This document shows, one piece after another, positions 7,327-16,394 of a stretch of 32,000 nt of DNA (the stretch's first letter is position 1; every line of letters begins with the position of its first letter). The DNA comes from Corynebacterium amycolatum (GTDB taxonomy: Bacteria > Actinomycetota > Actinomycetes > Mycobacteriales > Mycobacteriaceae): NCBI RefSeq assembly GCF_049243625.1, contig NZ_CP046975.1; one strand, 5' to 3'. Under the pieces are notes generated by a model. That model was not told where the DNA came from. It made no database searches and was given only the letters and a program-made list of their open reading frames with translations. The position numbers and the translations under genes are program-made.

Positions 7327-7551
7327 ATGGACATCACTATTGGATTTGCAGACAATACGCGTGAGCTGAGCATTGAAAACGTCGCTGGTGGCGAGGAGGT
7401 CAAGGCTGCGATCTCCCAGAAGCTGGCTGCTGGCGAAGGTGTGATTGAGCTCAGTGACGGCGCTGGTCAGGAGTACCAGATTAATGCTGCCAAGGTCGCC
7501 TACGTCCGTACCGGTAATAACGCAGACCGTAAGGTTGGCTTCTTCGCCTAA
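7327..7551 (+). CDS. DUF3107 family protein (TB9.4/Rv3208A-like)
   Basis: MDITIGFADNTRELSIENVAGGEEVKAAISQKLAAGEGVIELSDGAGQEYQINAAKVAYVRTG fits my recollection of the small DUF3107 proteins that follow rhlE in Mycobacteriales. The start is ambiguous: in-frame TTG 7303 and ATG 7309, 7315, 7318 and 7327. The stop TAA overlaps the next gene's ATG (TAATG). Confidence 0.7.
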   Translation: MDITIGFADNTRELSIENVAGGEEVKAAISQKLAAGEGVIELSDGAGQEYQINAAKVAYVRTGNNADRKVGFFA

Positions 7552-8459
7552 TGACGCAAGAACCCTTTCTCGTACGCATTGCAAGGAGTTGGGGGTGGCG
7601 AGCCTATGCCATCCCCGTACTTGTGGTGCTCACAGTCATCATTCTCTTCGACATCTTCACTGCTGAAGATGATTCTCCAGGTTCCGGCAATGGCACTGTC
7701 ACCTCGCAGAGTGGTAACAGTCGCCCTGGTCCGGTGCCCGGTGAGGGGTACGGTGATGGTTACGAGGGAGGACAGTTGCCACCTGGTCCGGCCTTTGCCA
7801 CGGAACCCTCGGGAAATTTTAAAGATGTCACCGTGGCGCATCCCCGTGTCGGGGAGGGGCGCCGCAATGCGATCAGGTATTCCGTGGAAATTGAAGACAA
7901 CATTGATGTTCCTTCAATTGGTGGCGAGCGCGCCTTTGCGGAGACGGTGAACTCGATTCTGGCCGATCCACGTGGCTGGACAGCTAATCCAGATTTTTCT
8001 TTCGAGGCAGTGCCTCGCGATCAGGATCCGACGATTGTCGTGCAGCTTTCCGCGACTGGAACCGCACATCAGCTGTGCGGAAACACCTTGGGAATGGAGA
8101 CCTCCTGTTACCTGTCTGGGCAGCGGGAAGGTGAGCCTGGGCGCGTGGTCGTCAGTATCGCCCGGTGGGTTCGAGGTGCCCTGCCTTTTGAGGGGGACCT
8201 GGGATTGTATCGCCAATACCTTATTAATCACGAGGTTGGGCACGGACTTGGGTACGCGGTTCACGAGCCCTGCCCGAGGGATGGCGGTATCGCGCCAATC
8301 ATGATGCAGCAGACCCTGAGCGTGTCGAACGATGAACTGCATGAAATCGACAGCAGCGAGGTCTATCAGACCGATGGCAAGACGTGTTCTGTCAACGGCT
8401 GGCCGTATCCATTTGGGGCGGACGACGATACGGCCGCACCGACTCAGAAAGCAAGGTAG
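7551..8459 (+). CDS. DUF3152-like membrane-anchored putative zinc metallopeptidase
   Basis: It has an N-terminal TM segment (AYAIPVLVVLTVIILFDIF) and a Gly/Pro-rich linker. The globular domain carries HEVGHGLGYAVH, i.e. HExxH followed by G and a further H (metzincin/snapalysin-like spacing). It is translationally coupled to DUF3107. Confidence 0.7.
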   Translation: MTQEPFLVRIARSWGWRAYAIPVLVVLTVIILFDIFTAEDDSPGSGNGTVTSQSGNSRPGPVPGEGYGDGYEGGQLPPGPAFATEPSGNFKDVTVAHPRVGEGRRNAIRYSVEIEDNIDVPSIGGERAFAETVNSILADPRGWTANPDFSFEAVPRDQDPTIVVQLSATGTAHQLCGNTLGMETSCYLSGQREGEPGRVVVSIARWVRGALPFEGDLGLYRQYLINHEVGHGLGYAVHEPCPRDGGIAPIMMQQTLSVSNDELHEIDSSEVYQTDGKTCSVNGWPYPFGADDDTAAPTQKAR

Positions 8460-8468
8460 TAGCAGATT

Positions 8469-9320
8469 ATGATTGCCACTCCTCCCGACCGTGTTTTGGA
8501 GGCCTTTGGTGCCGAGGGTGAGCCGCATCGTGCCGGGCGAGCTTGGGACAATGGCTGGGTCTACGACGATTCCATTGTCCTTTCGCCGGTACATAATTCG
8601 GCGCAGGCGCTGTGGTCTGCAAAGGTTCGCAGCGCGCTAGATGTCGATGGCGTCCGAGTAGCGAAATCCGTGCGTACCAGTGACGGCCGCTTGGTCATTG
8701 CTGGGTGGCAAGCCCGTCATTTCATTCCGGGGGGATTCGCGCCACGTGCCGATGAAACCATTGTTGCCGCTGGTCGCGTGGAAGAGTCGCTTGCCAGTAT
8801 TGAACGGCCACAGTTCCTCCTTGATAAGGAGCCCGATTACTTTGTCATGTGTAATCGCGCAGCTTGGGAATCTGACCCAATCGGCATCCTCGAGCAGCTT
8901 CTCGACGCGGATAGCGTCCCCCGCGCCGATTGCGCCGAGGCTCTCACAATCTCCGGTGATCTTCTCCAGTTGCGGGCAGAGATGGTTGTGCCAACGGAGC
9001 TTCTGCAGGTCTGTCACGCAGACCTCGTCGGCACGCTGCTTTACGACGGCACGGCCGCCCCCGTTCTCACCGATATCGTGCCAGCATGGCGTGTCCGTGG
9101 TTGGACAGCTGCCTTAGCGGCAGTGGATTGTCTGTCCATGATGGGTGCTGATGAAGAGCTACTGCGACGCTTCGATCATTTGCCGGATTTCGGTCAGTTG
9201 CTCGTTCGTGCGATGTGCTATCGACTTTTTGTCCACGCTGTTAGTCCAGAATCGCAGCCGGGTGCGTATCGTGGCCTGTTCCGTGCGGCTTCGCTAGTCC
9301 GCGCGTTTGTGTCTAAGTAA
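8469..9320 (+). CDS. Conserved actinobacterial hypothetical protein (Rv3205c/TIGR02569-like by position)
   Basis: 283-aa ORF with coding-like composition, 9 nt after the previous stop and directly upstream of adnA. I recognise no catalytic motif. The family label rests on recalled synteny only. Confidence 0.5.
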   Translation: MIATPPDRVLEAFGAEGEPHRAGRAWDNGWVYDDSIVLSPVHNSAQALWSAKVRSALDVDGVRVAKSVRTSDGRLVIAGWQARHFIPGGFAPRADETIVAAGRVEESLASIERPQFLLDKEPDYFVMCNRAAWESDPIGILEQLLDADSVPRADCAEALTISGDLLQLRAEMVVPTELLQVCHADLVGTLLYDGTAAPVLTDIVPAWRVRGWTAALAAVDCLSMMGADEELLRRFDHLPDFGQLLVRAMCYRLFVHAVSPESQPGAYRGLFRAASLVRAFVSK

Positions 9321-9414
9321 CGCCTGGCAGTATTCACGGGAGTTTTTGGGGCGGGGGTATTTTTACCTCTATTTCGAATGGGTGTTCGAGTGTCTGTCCG
9401 GAGGTTGTGCCACA

Positions 9415-12400
9415 ATGGTGCACATGAACGTAGATGGAATGCCGAAGGTTCGGTTCGTCCAGGAGGAACCGCCTCGTCGTCGGCAGTGGTTGGGTACTGC
9501 GGTAGAGGCGCTTTTCCCTTCCCATAATCGGGCGCTCGTGGTAGCGAACAAGCTTGTAAACCAGCCTGTTGTGCGCGTTTTAGGCGGCCCAGGGACTGGC
9601 AAGAGTTCGCTGCTGGCAGATCTCGCGGTGGACTACATACACTCGGGCATTCCGGCGGACAGCATTTTGGTGGTGTCACAGTCAAAAGAGGCCGCCGCGG
9701 AATTGAGGCGGAATATTGACAGGCGTTTTTCCTCTGAACTGGGGGAAGGCGGTTCGTTCGGGGCAGGTCAAGGTGGCATGGTGCGTGCCGTGCATTCACT
9801 TGCCTATGCAGTAGTACGTGATGCCGCCGTCAGTCGGGGAGAGCCTGAACCATCGTTGACCACTGGTGCACGCCAAGATGCTGTCGTGCGGCAGCTTTTG
9901 GCTGGTCATGCGGAAGATGGTGGTGCGTATTGGCCAGAGCGGTTGCGCCCGGCTCTTCCATTAGTCGGTTTTTCCCGTGCGGTTCGTGACTTTCTGCTGC
10001 GTGCAGCTGAGCGGGGGATTGATGCCCCGAGGCTTCAGCAGCTCGGCGTGGACTATGGCATTGAGTCGTGGTGTGCGGCTGGCAAGTTTATGGCGGAGTA
10101 TCAGCAGACTATGCGGTTGGCGTGGGAGCCCAGCTTGAACGCTGCAGAGATTGTCTCTGCGGCATTGATGGAGCTGGATACAGACGCGCAAGCACTGGCT
10201 CGGTGGGGAAAGTCGGTGGTGCTGGTCGATGATGCTGAACACCTATCGCCGGAGGCTGCGCGTCTTGTGGATCGGTTTGTGTCGCAGGCGGCGGTGGCCG
10301 TCATTACTGGTGATGAAGATCAATCGGTATTTCACTTCCGCGGTGCTAATAATGACTATCTCCGGGGGATTGGTGAGGTCGAGTACAAGGCAATCCACTT
10401 GCAGCAGTCTTACCGCTGTAACGCTGATATCGCGGATTTAGTCAACGCAGTTTCTCAGCGCTTGCCTAAGGCTCCTGCATACCGCGGCATTGTTGGTTCA
10501 GTTGGAACACAAGAAGCTAGTGAATCCGACGTTGGAAACAACAGTGAGACCGTCGCAGCGGAAAACTCGTACGCAGCGAAAAGTGCAGTAAAAATAGCTA
10601 TTCATCCCTCTGAACGTGCACAGCGAGCCACAGTCGCGGACTACTTCCGGCGCCTTCATATTGACGAGGGGGTGGCATGGAAGGATATGGCGGTCATTGT
10701 CCGGTCCGGTGCAGGGGAGTCCTCTCTGTTCCGTGCATTGTCGCGTGCGGGTGTGCCTGTGCAGATTGACCCAACGGACATCGTGCTAAGTCATCAGCGA
10801 TTGGTGCGAGCGCTGATGGTGGCGTTGCGGGCAACTATGAACCAGCTCGATGACGTGGAGTGGGACGAGTTCCTCTCCGGCCCACTGGTCAACATGGATC
10901 CGATTGTCAAAGAGCGTCTGCTGCGCGGAATCCGAAAGGCCGACCTGTTCGGCGGGGCCGCGATGACTCAGCTCATCGGAATCTTGAAAGCAGATGGACT
11001 CACAACAGAGCAGCTGGAACTTATTGAGTCTCTGTCGCAGCGTGAACGTCAGGCGCTGCAGGTGCCGCTGGATCTATTGAGCGCAGCGCGTGAAGCGTTG
11101 CGTGATGGTGTGGAAGCAACTTTGTGGGCAATTTGGCAGTCCACTGGTTTGGCAGACCATCTGGTGGCGGCATCGTTGCGCGGCGGTACAGCTGGAGCAT
11201 CGGCTGACCGCGACCTGGATGCTGTGATGGCACTGTTCGACTTTGCTGGTGACCGTGTGGAGCTGAATCCAAAGCTGACGGTTGACGGTTTTATCGCTTC
11301 TGTGGAAGAACAGGAGCTGCCCATCGGCGCACGTGACCGTAGCGGGGTAGAGCGCGACGCCGTGCGCATTCTCTCAGCGCATGCGGCTCTGGGCAGGCAG
11401 TGGAAGGCAGTAGCAGTTGTCGGAGTACAGGAAGGCCAGTGGCCCAGCCTCGGTGTAACTGGCTCGGTGATGAAGCAGAACGAGTTCATCGGTCTCGTCG
11501 ACCACGGGATTGCACCGCGGGAGTACATCAATTCCATGGCGGATGCGCTAGCGGAGGAACGTCGTTTGCTGCACGTCGCGGTATCACGGGCTAGCGACAG
11601 GGTACTGCTGACCGCAGTCGATTCTCCTGATGATGTTGGAGTTCCCAGTCCGTTTGTTATCGAGCTCGTTGAAAAGCTCGGTAATTCGGGGACGGAGCTG
11701 GCGAAGCAGTCGGAAGCCTCTTCGGCTGCGAACGGAGTCGGGGCTACGGCTAATGAAGCAAACACCGGCAGTCCGGATGTTGCAGAGGCAGAAGAATCCA
11801 AATGGGCCGGTGAAGGCCTGCCACGGGTGCTCTCTGTGGAGTCACTGCTGGCAGAACTGCGTGCAGCCGTTGTAGACGATGCGGAGACTGAGACGCGGCG
11901 TCGACAAGCTGCACGTCAACTCGCGCGATTGGCGCAGGTTGAGGTTGCTGGCGCACATCCAGACACCTGGTGGGGGCTCCGTGCACCGTCGACCTCGAAG
12001 CCGGTAAATGACAAGAAGCCGATGAGAATCAACCCTTCCAAGGTGGAAGCAGCCCTGAGTTGCCCGCTGAAGGCCATGCTGGATAAATCAGCACCGACAT
12101 CGGCCATGTATTTAGGCTCTCTACTTCATCAGGCGGTAGAAGCCGTAGCCAAGGGAGTGACTGTACCTGAGGCGCAGTCCGAAATCCGGCGTGTTTTTGG
12201 TGACCTGTCCGATGATCCGGAGTGGCGTAAGCGTACTGAGGAAGACACCTGGTTGACAGCGCTGGAGGATTGGCAGCGGTGGATTGAGACTAAGAAAGAT
12301 ATCGGGACCGAGGTTCCGGTAAAAGTCACCATCAACGATGACATCGTGATTGTCGGACGAATCGACCGATTGATTGAAGACGCTGATGGTGCAGTTCAAA

Positions 12401-12774
12401 TCGTCGATATTAAAACCGGTAAGACAGCGCCCTCCGGTAAAGACGTAGAAGAACATGCACAGCTAGCTACATATCAGCTGGCGTTGTCGAAGGGGAAGCT
12501 CGTTGAAAGCGGAGATGGGCTTGCTGTGGACAACGGCGAAGGCATTGAACAATCAGGGGCATACCTGGTATTTCCGCGAAAGTCACACAATAAGACCATT
12601 ATCACTAGTCGAGAACAGTCAAAGCTCACGGAAGACAAGTTGGCTGACTGGGAGCGTCGTGTGGAGCAGGTAGCACGTGCGACGTCTGGCCCGCGTGCCT
12701 TGGCGCTCGCTGGTGATCATTGCAAGTTCTGCACGCTTTCGAAGGCGTGCCCGGCAGCAGAAGGGAATCGGTAG
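9415..12774 (+). CDS. adnA: Helicase-nuclease AdnA (UvrD-like motor plus C-terminal RecB-type nuclease with Cys cluster)
   Basis: Start is set at ATG 9415 (GGAGG at 9400-9404, 10-nt spacer); the 36 upstream codons of the track ORF are Tyr/Phe-rich and non-coding-looking. Motifs: Walker A GGPGTGKS, DExx-like VLVDDAEHL, C-terminal nuclease GRIDRLIEDADGAVQIVDIKTGK. Cysteines follow C...CxxCxxxxxC (LSCPLK ... HCKFCTLSKACP), typical of AddB-type Fe-S nuclease domains. It is the first gene of the pair, as for Rv3202c. Confidence 0.85.
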   Translation: MVHMNVDGMPKVRFVQEEPPRRRQWLGTAVEALFPSHNRALVVANKLVNQPVVRVLGGPGTGKSSLLADLAVDYIHSGIPADSILVVSQSKEAAAELRRNIDRRFSSELGEGGSFGAGQGGMVRAVHSLAYAVVRDAAVSRGEPEPSLTTGARQDAVVRQLLAGHAEDGGAYWPERLRPALPLVGFSRAVRDFLLRAAERGIDAPRLQQLGVDYGIESWCAAGKFMAEYQQTMRLAWEPSLNAAEIVSAALMELDTDAQALARWGKSVVLVDDAEHLSPEAARLVDRFVSQAAVAVITGDEDQSVFHFRGANNDYLRGIGEVEYKAIHLQQSYRCNADIADLVNAVSQRLPKAPAYRGIVGSVGTQEASESDVGNNSETVAAENSYAAKSAVKIAIHPSERAQRATVADYFRRLHIDEGVAWKDMAVIVRSGAGESSLFRALSRAGVPVQIDPTDIVLSHQRLVRALMVALRATMNQLDDVEWDEFLSGPLVNMDPIVKERLLRGIRKADLFGGAAMTQLIGILKADGLTTEQLELIESLSQRERQALQVPLDLLSAAREALRDGVEATLWAIWQSTGLADHLVAASLRGGTAGASADRDLDAVMALFDFAGDRVELNPKLTVDGFIASVEEQELPIGARDRSGVERDAVRILSAHAALGRQWKAVAVVGVQEGQWPSLGVTGSVMKQNEFIGLVDHGIAPREYINSMADALAEERRLLHVAVSRASDRVLLTAVDSPDDVGVPSPFVIELVEKLGNSGTELAKQSEASSAANGVGATANEANTGSPDVAEAEESKWAGEGLPRVLSVESLLAELRAAVVDDAETETRRRQAARQLARLAQVEVAGAHPDTWWGLRAPSTSKPVNDKKPMRINPSKVEAALSCPLKAMLDKSAPTSAMYLGSLLHQAVEAVAKGVTVPEAQSEIRRVFGDLSDDPEWRKRTEEDTWLTALEDWQRWIETKKDIGTEVPVKVTINDDIVIVGRIDRLIEDADGAVQIVDIKTGKTAPSGKDVEEHAQLATYQLALSKGKLVESGDGLAVDNGEGIEQSGAYLVFPRKSHNKTIITSREQSKLTEDKLADWERRVEQVARATSGPRALALAGDHCKFCTLSKACPAAEGNR

Positions 12775-12776
12775 CC

Positions 12777-15700
12777 ATGTCGGAGGAACGAACCATCATT
12801 GATCCCGTCATCCTGTCGGAGATGATGGGCCAGGACTTTCCGCCCACCCCGCAACAAGCGGCGGTAATCGGTGCACCGATGGAACCAATGCTTGTTGTCG
12901 CCGGTGCCGGTGCTGGTAAAACAGCGACAATGGCTTCCCGTGTCGTGTGGTTGGTCGCCAATGGCTTTATCCGCCCAGAAGAAGTTCTAGGTTTGACCTT
13001 CACCAGGAAGGCAGCGCGCGAGCTCGGCGTCCGTATCCGACAACAGCTCAATGCGCTTGCTTCCTCTGCCGCATTTCGTGCACAGGCTTCACCAAAGGTA
13101 CTAGCAAGCCTCGAGGTCATTGCCCCAACCACGCTTACTTACGATGCCTATGCCTCTGAAGTCGTTAGCAATTATGGTCTTTTGCTGCCGACGGAGCCGG
13201 GGGTCACCATTATGGATGGCGCGACGCAGTGGCAGTTGGCCTGGGAAACCGCTCGTAATGTGAAGGAAATTGATGTCGATATTGCGCCATCGACTCTGGC
13301 CAGTCGCATTATTGAGCTGGGGGCGAACATCGACTCAAACCTTTCTTCACCGCAGGCGATTCGCGAGGAAACCGAAGCATTCATCAGCAATATTGAGCAG
13401 ACCCCGCAGAAGGGTAAACGCGAGGGGCTAATTGGCGATCTACAGGGCATCGTCGATAAGCAGCGAGAGAGATTAGAGATTTTGCCGCTGGTAGAACAGG
13501 TTCGAGCTCGGTGCAATGAAGAAAATGTCGCCACTTTCGGTATGCAGATGGCTCGTGCGGCCCGACTAGCCACCGACTTCGCGGAAGTCGGAGAGGAGGA
13601 GCGGCGTCGCTTTAAGATCATCATGCTCGACGAGTACCAGGACACGTCGCACACACAGCGGCTGTTCCTGCGTGCGCTGTTCTCCGGTGGTTGTGTCACC
13701 GCTGTCGGCGATCCGATGCAGGCAATTTATGGCTGGCGAGGAGCAACTGCCGAAAACCTTGTGCAGTTTGTCAATGATTTTCCGCGGTCGGATGGGAAGC
13801 CAGCGGAGAAAAAGCAACTGACCATTTCTTGGCGAAATCCGCAGTCAGTGCTGCAGCTTGCTAACGCAGTCTCCGACCGTGCTTTCGCGGGGCAGGCTCG
13901 TACAGTAGAGGCACTGGATGCCGGTCCAAAAGCAGGTCAGGGCGAAGTGCAGCTTGCTTTCACCGCAACCGGTGAGGAAGAAGTTGCATACATCGCAGAT
14001 TGCATGGAGGCGCAATTACGCGAATGTGAAGCAGCTGGCAACAAGCTCGATGCCGCCATCCTGGTTCGGACAAATGCTGAATCGGCTGTCTATTTAGATG
14101 CACTGTCTGAGCGGGGTGTGCCTGCAATCATCGTGGGACTCGCTGGATTGCTGCATTTGCCCGAGGTCATGGATATCACCTCGGTGATGAAGATATTGGT
14201 CGACCCCAGTTCAGACCAGGATGCTCTGCGTCTGCTGCTCAGCCCACAGGTCAATTTGGGTGCCGCAGACGTGGAGGCACTTCGCACTCGTGTAGACCAG
14301 CTGGCAATGGCAGGCAAGGACGAGTTGGCCCGAAAGAAGGGCAACCTCGAAGAGACTTCAGACTCCTCACCGCTTTCCCAGCTCGCTCGCCAGTATGACA
14401 AGCTCGTGGAAGATGCCGAAGCAGCATCGTCCGCGGTGGGGCTGGGGCACGCCATCGCCGACCCGGATATTCGTTTTTACGACGGCACCCCGCTAGCGCG
14501 CGGCAGTGTGGGAAAAAATGGGCGGTTGGTCTGCAGCGAGTCACTGAACTACACAGATGAAGCAATGGCGCGCATCGCACAGTTGGGTGCAAGCCTACGA
14601 AAACTACGTCGGTTCTCGCTGAATAAGCCTCTACCGGAACTGGTCGAGGACATCGCTACTGAGTTTGGAATTCGCGTAGAAGCAGCGGCTGGACAGTACG
14701 GTTCCGCTACCGCGATAACCAGGCCGACGACTGCGCATCTGGATAGGTTTGTCGATATCGCTGCGACGTATTCGCAAAATATCTCGGACGATGTGACAGG
14801 GTTTTTGAACTATTTGGAGTTCGCTGTCGAACACGATGATGGTTTGGAACGGGCACCTATGAACATGCCGGAAAACTGCGTCCAAATCATGACTATGCAC
14901 AAGTCAAAGGGGTTGGAGTGGGAAACGGTTGCTGTCCCGGGCATCACCACCAGCAAGTTCGACAGAGTTGATTTGTCATCGTGGCTCACCAATTCAGTTC
15001 AGCTTCCTCCTGGTGCAATTACCCAAGTGGATCCGCTAACGGCTAGTGCAGAAACAACAGGGGATGCAACACAGCTTGCAGCAGGCGATTGGGCTCCCGT
15101 CGCTGATTCTGTCGATAGCAATGCCCCCGAACTGGACATATCAGGCGCAGATAACCAAACCGACCTCAACAAGGTAATCAAAGCCTACAAGGAAGAGCTG
15201 CGAGAAGTGGAGAGGGAAGAAAAACAGCGCCTCTTCTACGTTGCCATGACTCGCTCCGCGAAAAAGCTCATTGTCACTGCAAGCAGGCGGCCTAATCCGA
15301 GCTTGAAGAAACCCACCGACGTGTCGGCGGACTTCGCAGCCATCGCCACGCAATTCAGCGACTATGTGGTGTCGTGGACAGATGGGGAGGACCCTGAGGT
15401 AGAGGACACCGAAGTCGATCTGGACTGCGACACTGCGGTTGATGGGGTGGTCTGGCCCGTCGATACCCTGGGCAACCGCCGAGATAGTGTGCAGCGAGCA
15501 GCCGAAAGCGTCATGCGCTACATGGGCGAAGACCAGGATGAGCGCCCCATTGCAGGTGACCTGTCTGAGGTATGGGAAACGGAAACGACCATTCTCGTGG
15601 ATGAAATCCGTCGAGCTAAGGCCGCGGAGATTCATCTACCAATGCCGACAAGCATGTCCACTAGCGAATACCAAGCCATGATTGCGGATCCGGTCGCGTT

Positions 15701-16271
15701 TGCTCGTCGGAAAGCACGCCCGGTGCCGTTTAAGCCAAACCGATTCGCGCGCCGAGGTACGGCATTCCACGCTTGGTTGGAGAATCGCTTCGGTGCACAC
15801 AGCCTGCTGGACGATGAGGATCTCTTCGGGAATCAACTGGATGACTTCCTCGGCACAGAACAAGTCGCGTCCGAACGCGAACTTGAGAAGTTGAAGGCGA
15901 ATTTCGAGGCATCCGAGTGGGCTGACCGCACGCCAGTGCATGTGGAAGTGCCGTTTGAAATTGCCATTGGGCAACGGCGGGTCGTCGGCCGAATCGACGC
16001 GGTGTTTAAGGACAACGGGAAGTGGAGCGTCATTGACTGGAAGACAGGCCAGATGCCGCGCGGAAAGGAAAGGGAAGTAGCGGCGCTACAGCTGGCGATT
16101 TACCGCTTGGCGTGGTCGGATAGGCTGCGTGAGATGGGAGTGGAAACGGCCCCCGAAGACATTGAAGCCGGGTTCTTCTATGTTTCGGCAGGACGAACGC
16201 TAATACCAGATGAAGCGCTACTGCCAAGCAGGATAGAGTTGGACAGGAAAATGCGCGAGCTGATTGGATAA
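12777..16271 (+). CDS. adnB: Helicase-nuclease AdnB (UvrD/PcrA-like SF1 motor plus C-terminal RecB-type nuclease)
   Basis: Start ATG 12777 lies 2 nt after the adnA stop. Motifs: PTPQQAAVI, Walker A AGAGAGKTATM, DEYQDTS, GDPMQAIYGWRGA, HKSKGLEW, RLFYVAMTRS, and nuclease GRIDAVFKDNGKWSVIDWKTG. There are no cysteines in the C-terminal nuclease domain. Confidence 0.88.
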   Translation: MSEERTIIDPVILSEMMGQDFPPTPQQAAVIGAPMEPMLVVAGAGAGKTATMASRVVWLVANGFIRPEEVLGLTFTRKAARELGVRIRQQLNALASSAAFRAQASPKVLASLEVIAPTTLTYDAYASEVVSNYGLLLPTEPGVTIMDGATQWQLAWETARNVKEIDVDIAPSTLASRIIELGANIDSNLSSPQAIREETEAFISNIEQTPQKGKREGLIGDLQGIVDKQRERLEILPLVEQVRARCNEENVATFGMQMARAARLATDFAEVGEEERRRFKIIMLDEYQDTSHTQRLFLRALFSGGCVTAVGDPMQAIYGWRGATAENLVQFVNDFPRSDGKPAEKKQLTISWRNPQSVLQLANAVSDRAFAGQARTVEALDAGPKAGQGEVQLAFTATGEEEVAYIADCMEAQLRECEAAGNKLDAAILVRTNAESAVYLDALSERGVPAIIVGLAGLLHLPEVMDITSVMKILVDPSSDQDALRLLLSPQVNLGAADVEALRTRVDQLAMAGKDELARKKGNLEETSDSSPLSQLARQYDKLVEDAEAASSAVGLGHAIADPDIRFYDGTPLARGSVGKNGRLVCSESLNYTDEAMARIAQLGASLRKLRRFSLNKPLPELVEDIATEFGIRVEAAAGQYGSATAITRPTTAHLDRFVDIAATYSQNISDDVTGFLNYLEFAVEHDDGLERAPMNMPENCVQIMTMHKSKGLEWETVAVPGITTSKFDRVDLSSWLTNSVQLPPGAITQVDPLTASAETTGDATQLAAGDWAPVADSVDSNAPELDISGADNQTDLNKVIKAYKEELREVEREEKQRLFYVAMTRSAKKLIVTASRRPNPSLKKPTDVSADFAAIATQFSDYVVSWTDGEDPEVEDTEVDLDCDTAVDGVVWPVDTLGNRRDSVQRAAESVMRYMGEDQDERPIAGDLSEVWETETTILVDEIRRAKAAEIHLPMPTSMSTSEYQAMIADPVAFARRKARPVPFKPNRFARRGTAFHAWLENRFGAHSLLDDEDLFGNQLDDFLGTEQVASERELEKLKANFEASEWADRTPVHVEVPFEIAIGQRRVVGRIDAVFKDNGKWSVIDWKTGQMPRGKEREVAALQLAIYRLAWSDRLREMGVETAPEDIEAGFFYVSAGRTLIPDEALLPSRIELDRKMRELIG

Positions 16272-16364
16272 TCATCTACGTATGTAACTGCCGCGTGGCC
16301 GTGGCCAGTTATCCAGGTGAAAGCAGCAGTTTGTATGCGCTATTTTTCACCGGGAGGAGTTTTC

Positions 16365-16394
16365 ATGAAAGGCAGGCGAGGAGCGGTTGCGTAA
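16365..16394 (+). CDS. Candidate 9-codon upstream ORF (MKGRRGAVA) overlapping the K+ channel start
   Basis: ATG 16365 is preceded by the strongest SD in this intergenic region (GGGAGGAG 16352-16359, 5-nt spacer). The stop TAA at 16392-16394 overlaps the channel's TTG start (16387) in another frame. There is no conservation evidence. Confidence 0.25.
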   Translation: MKGRRGAVA

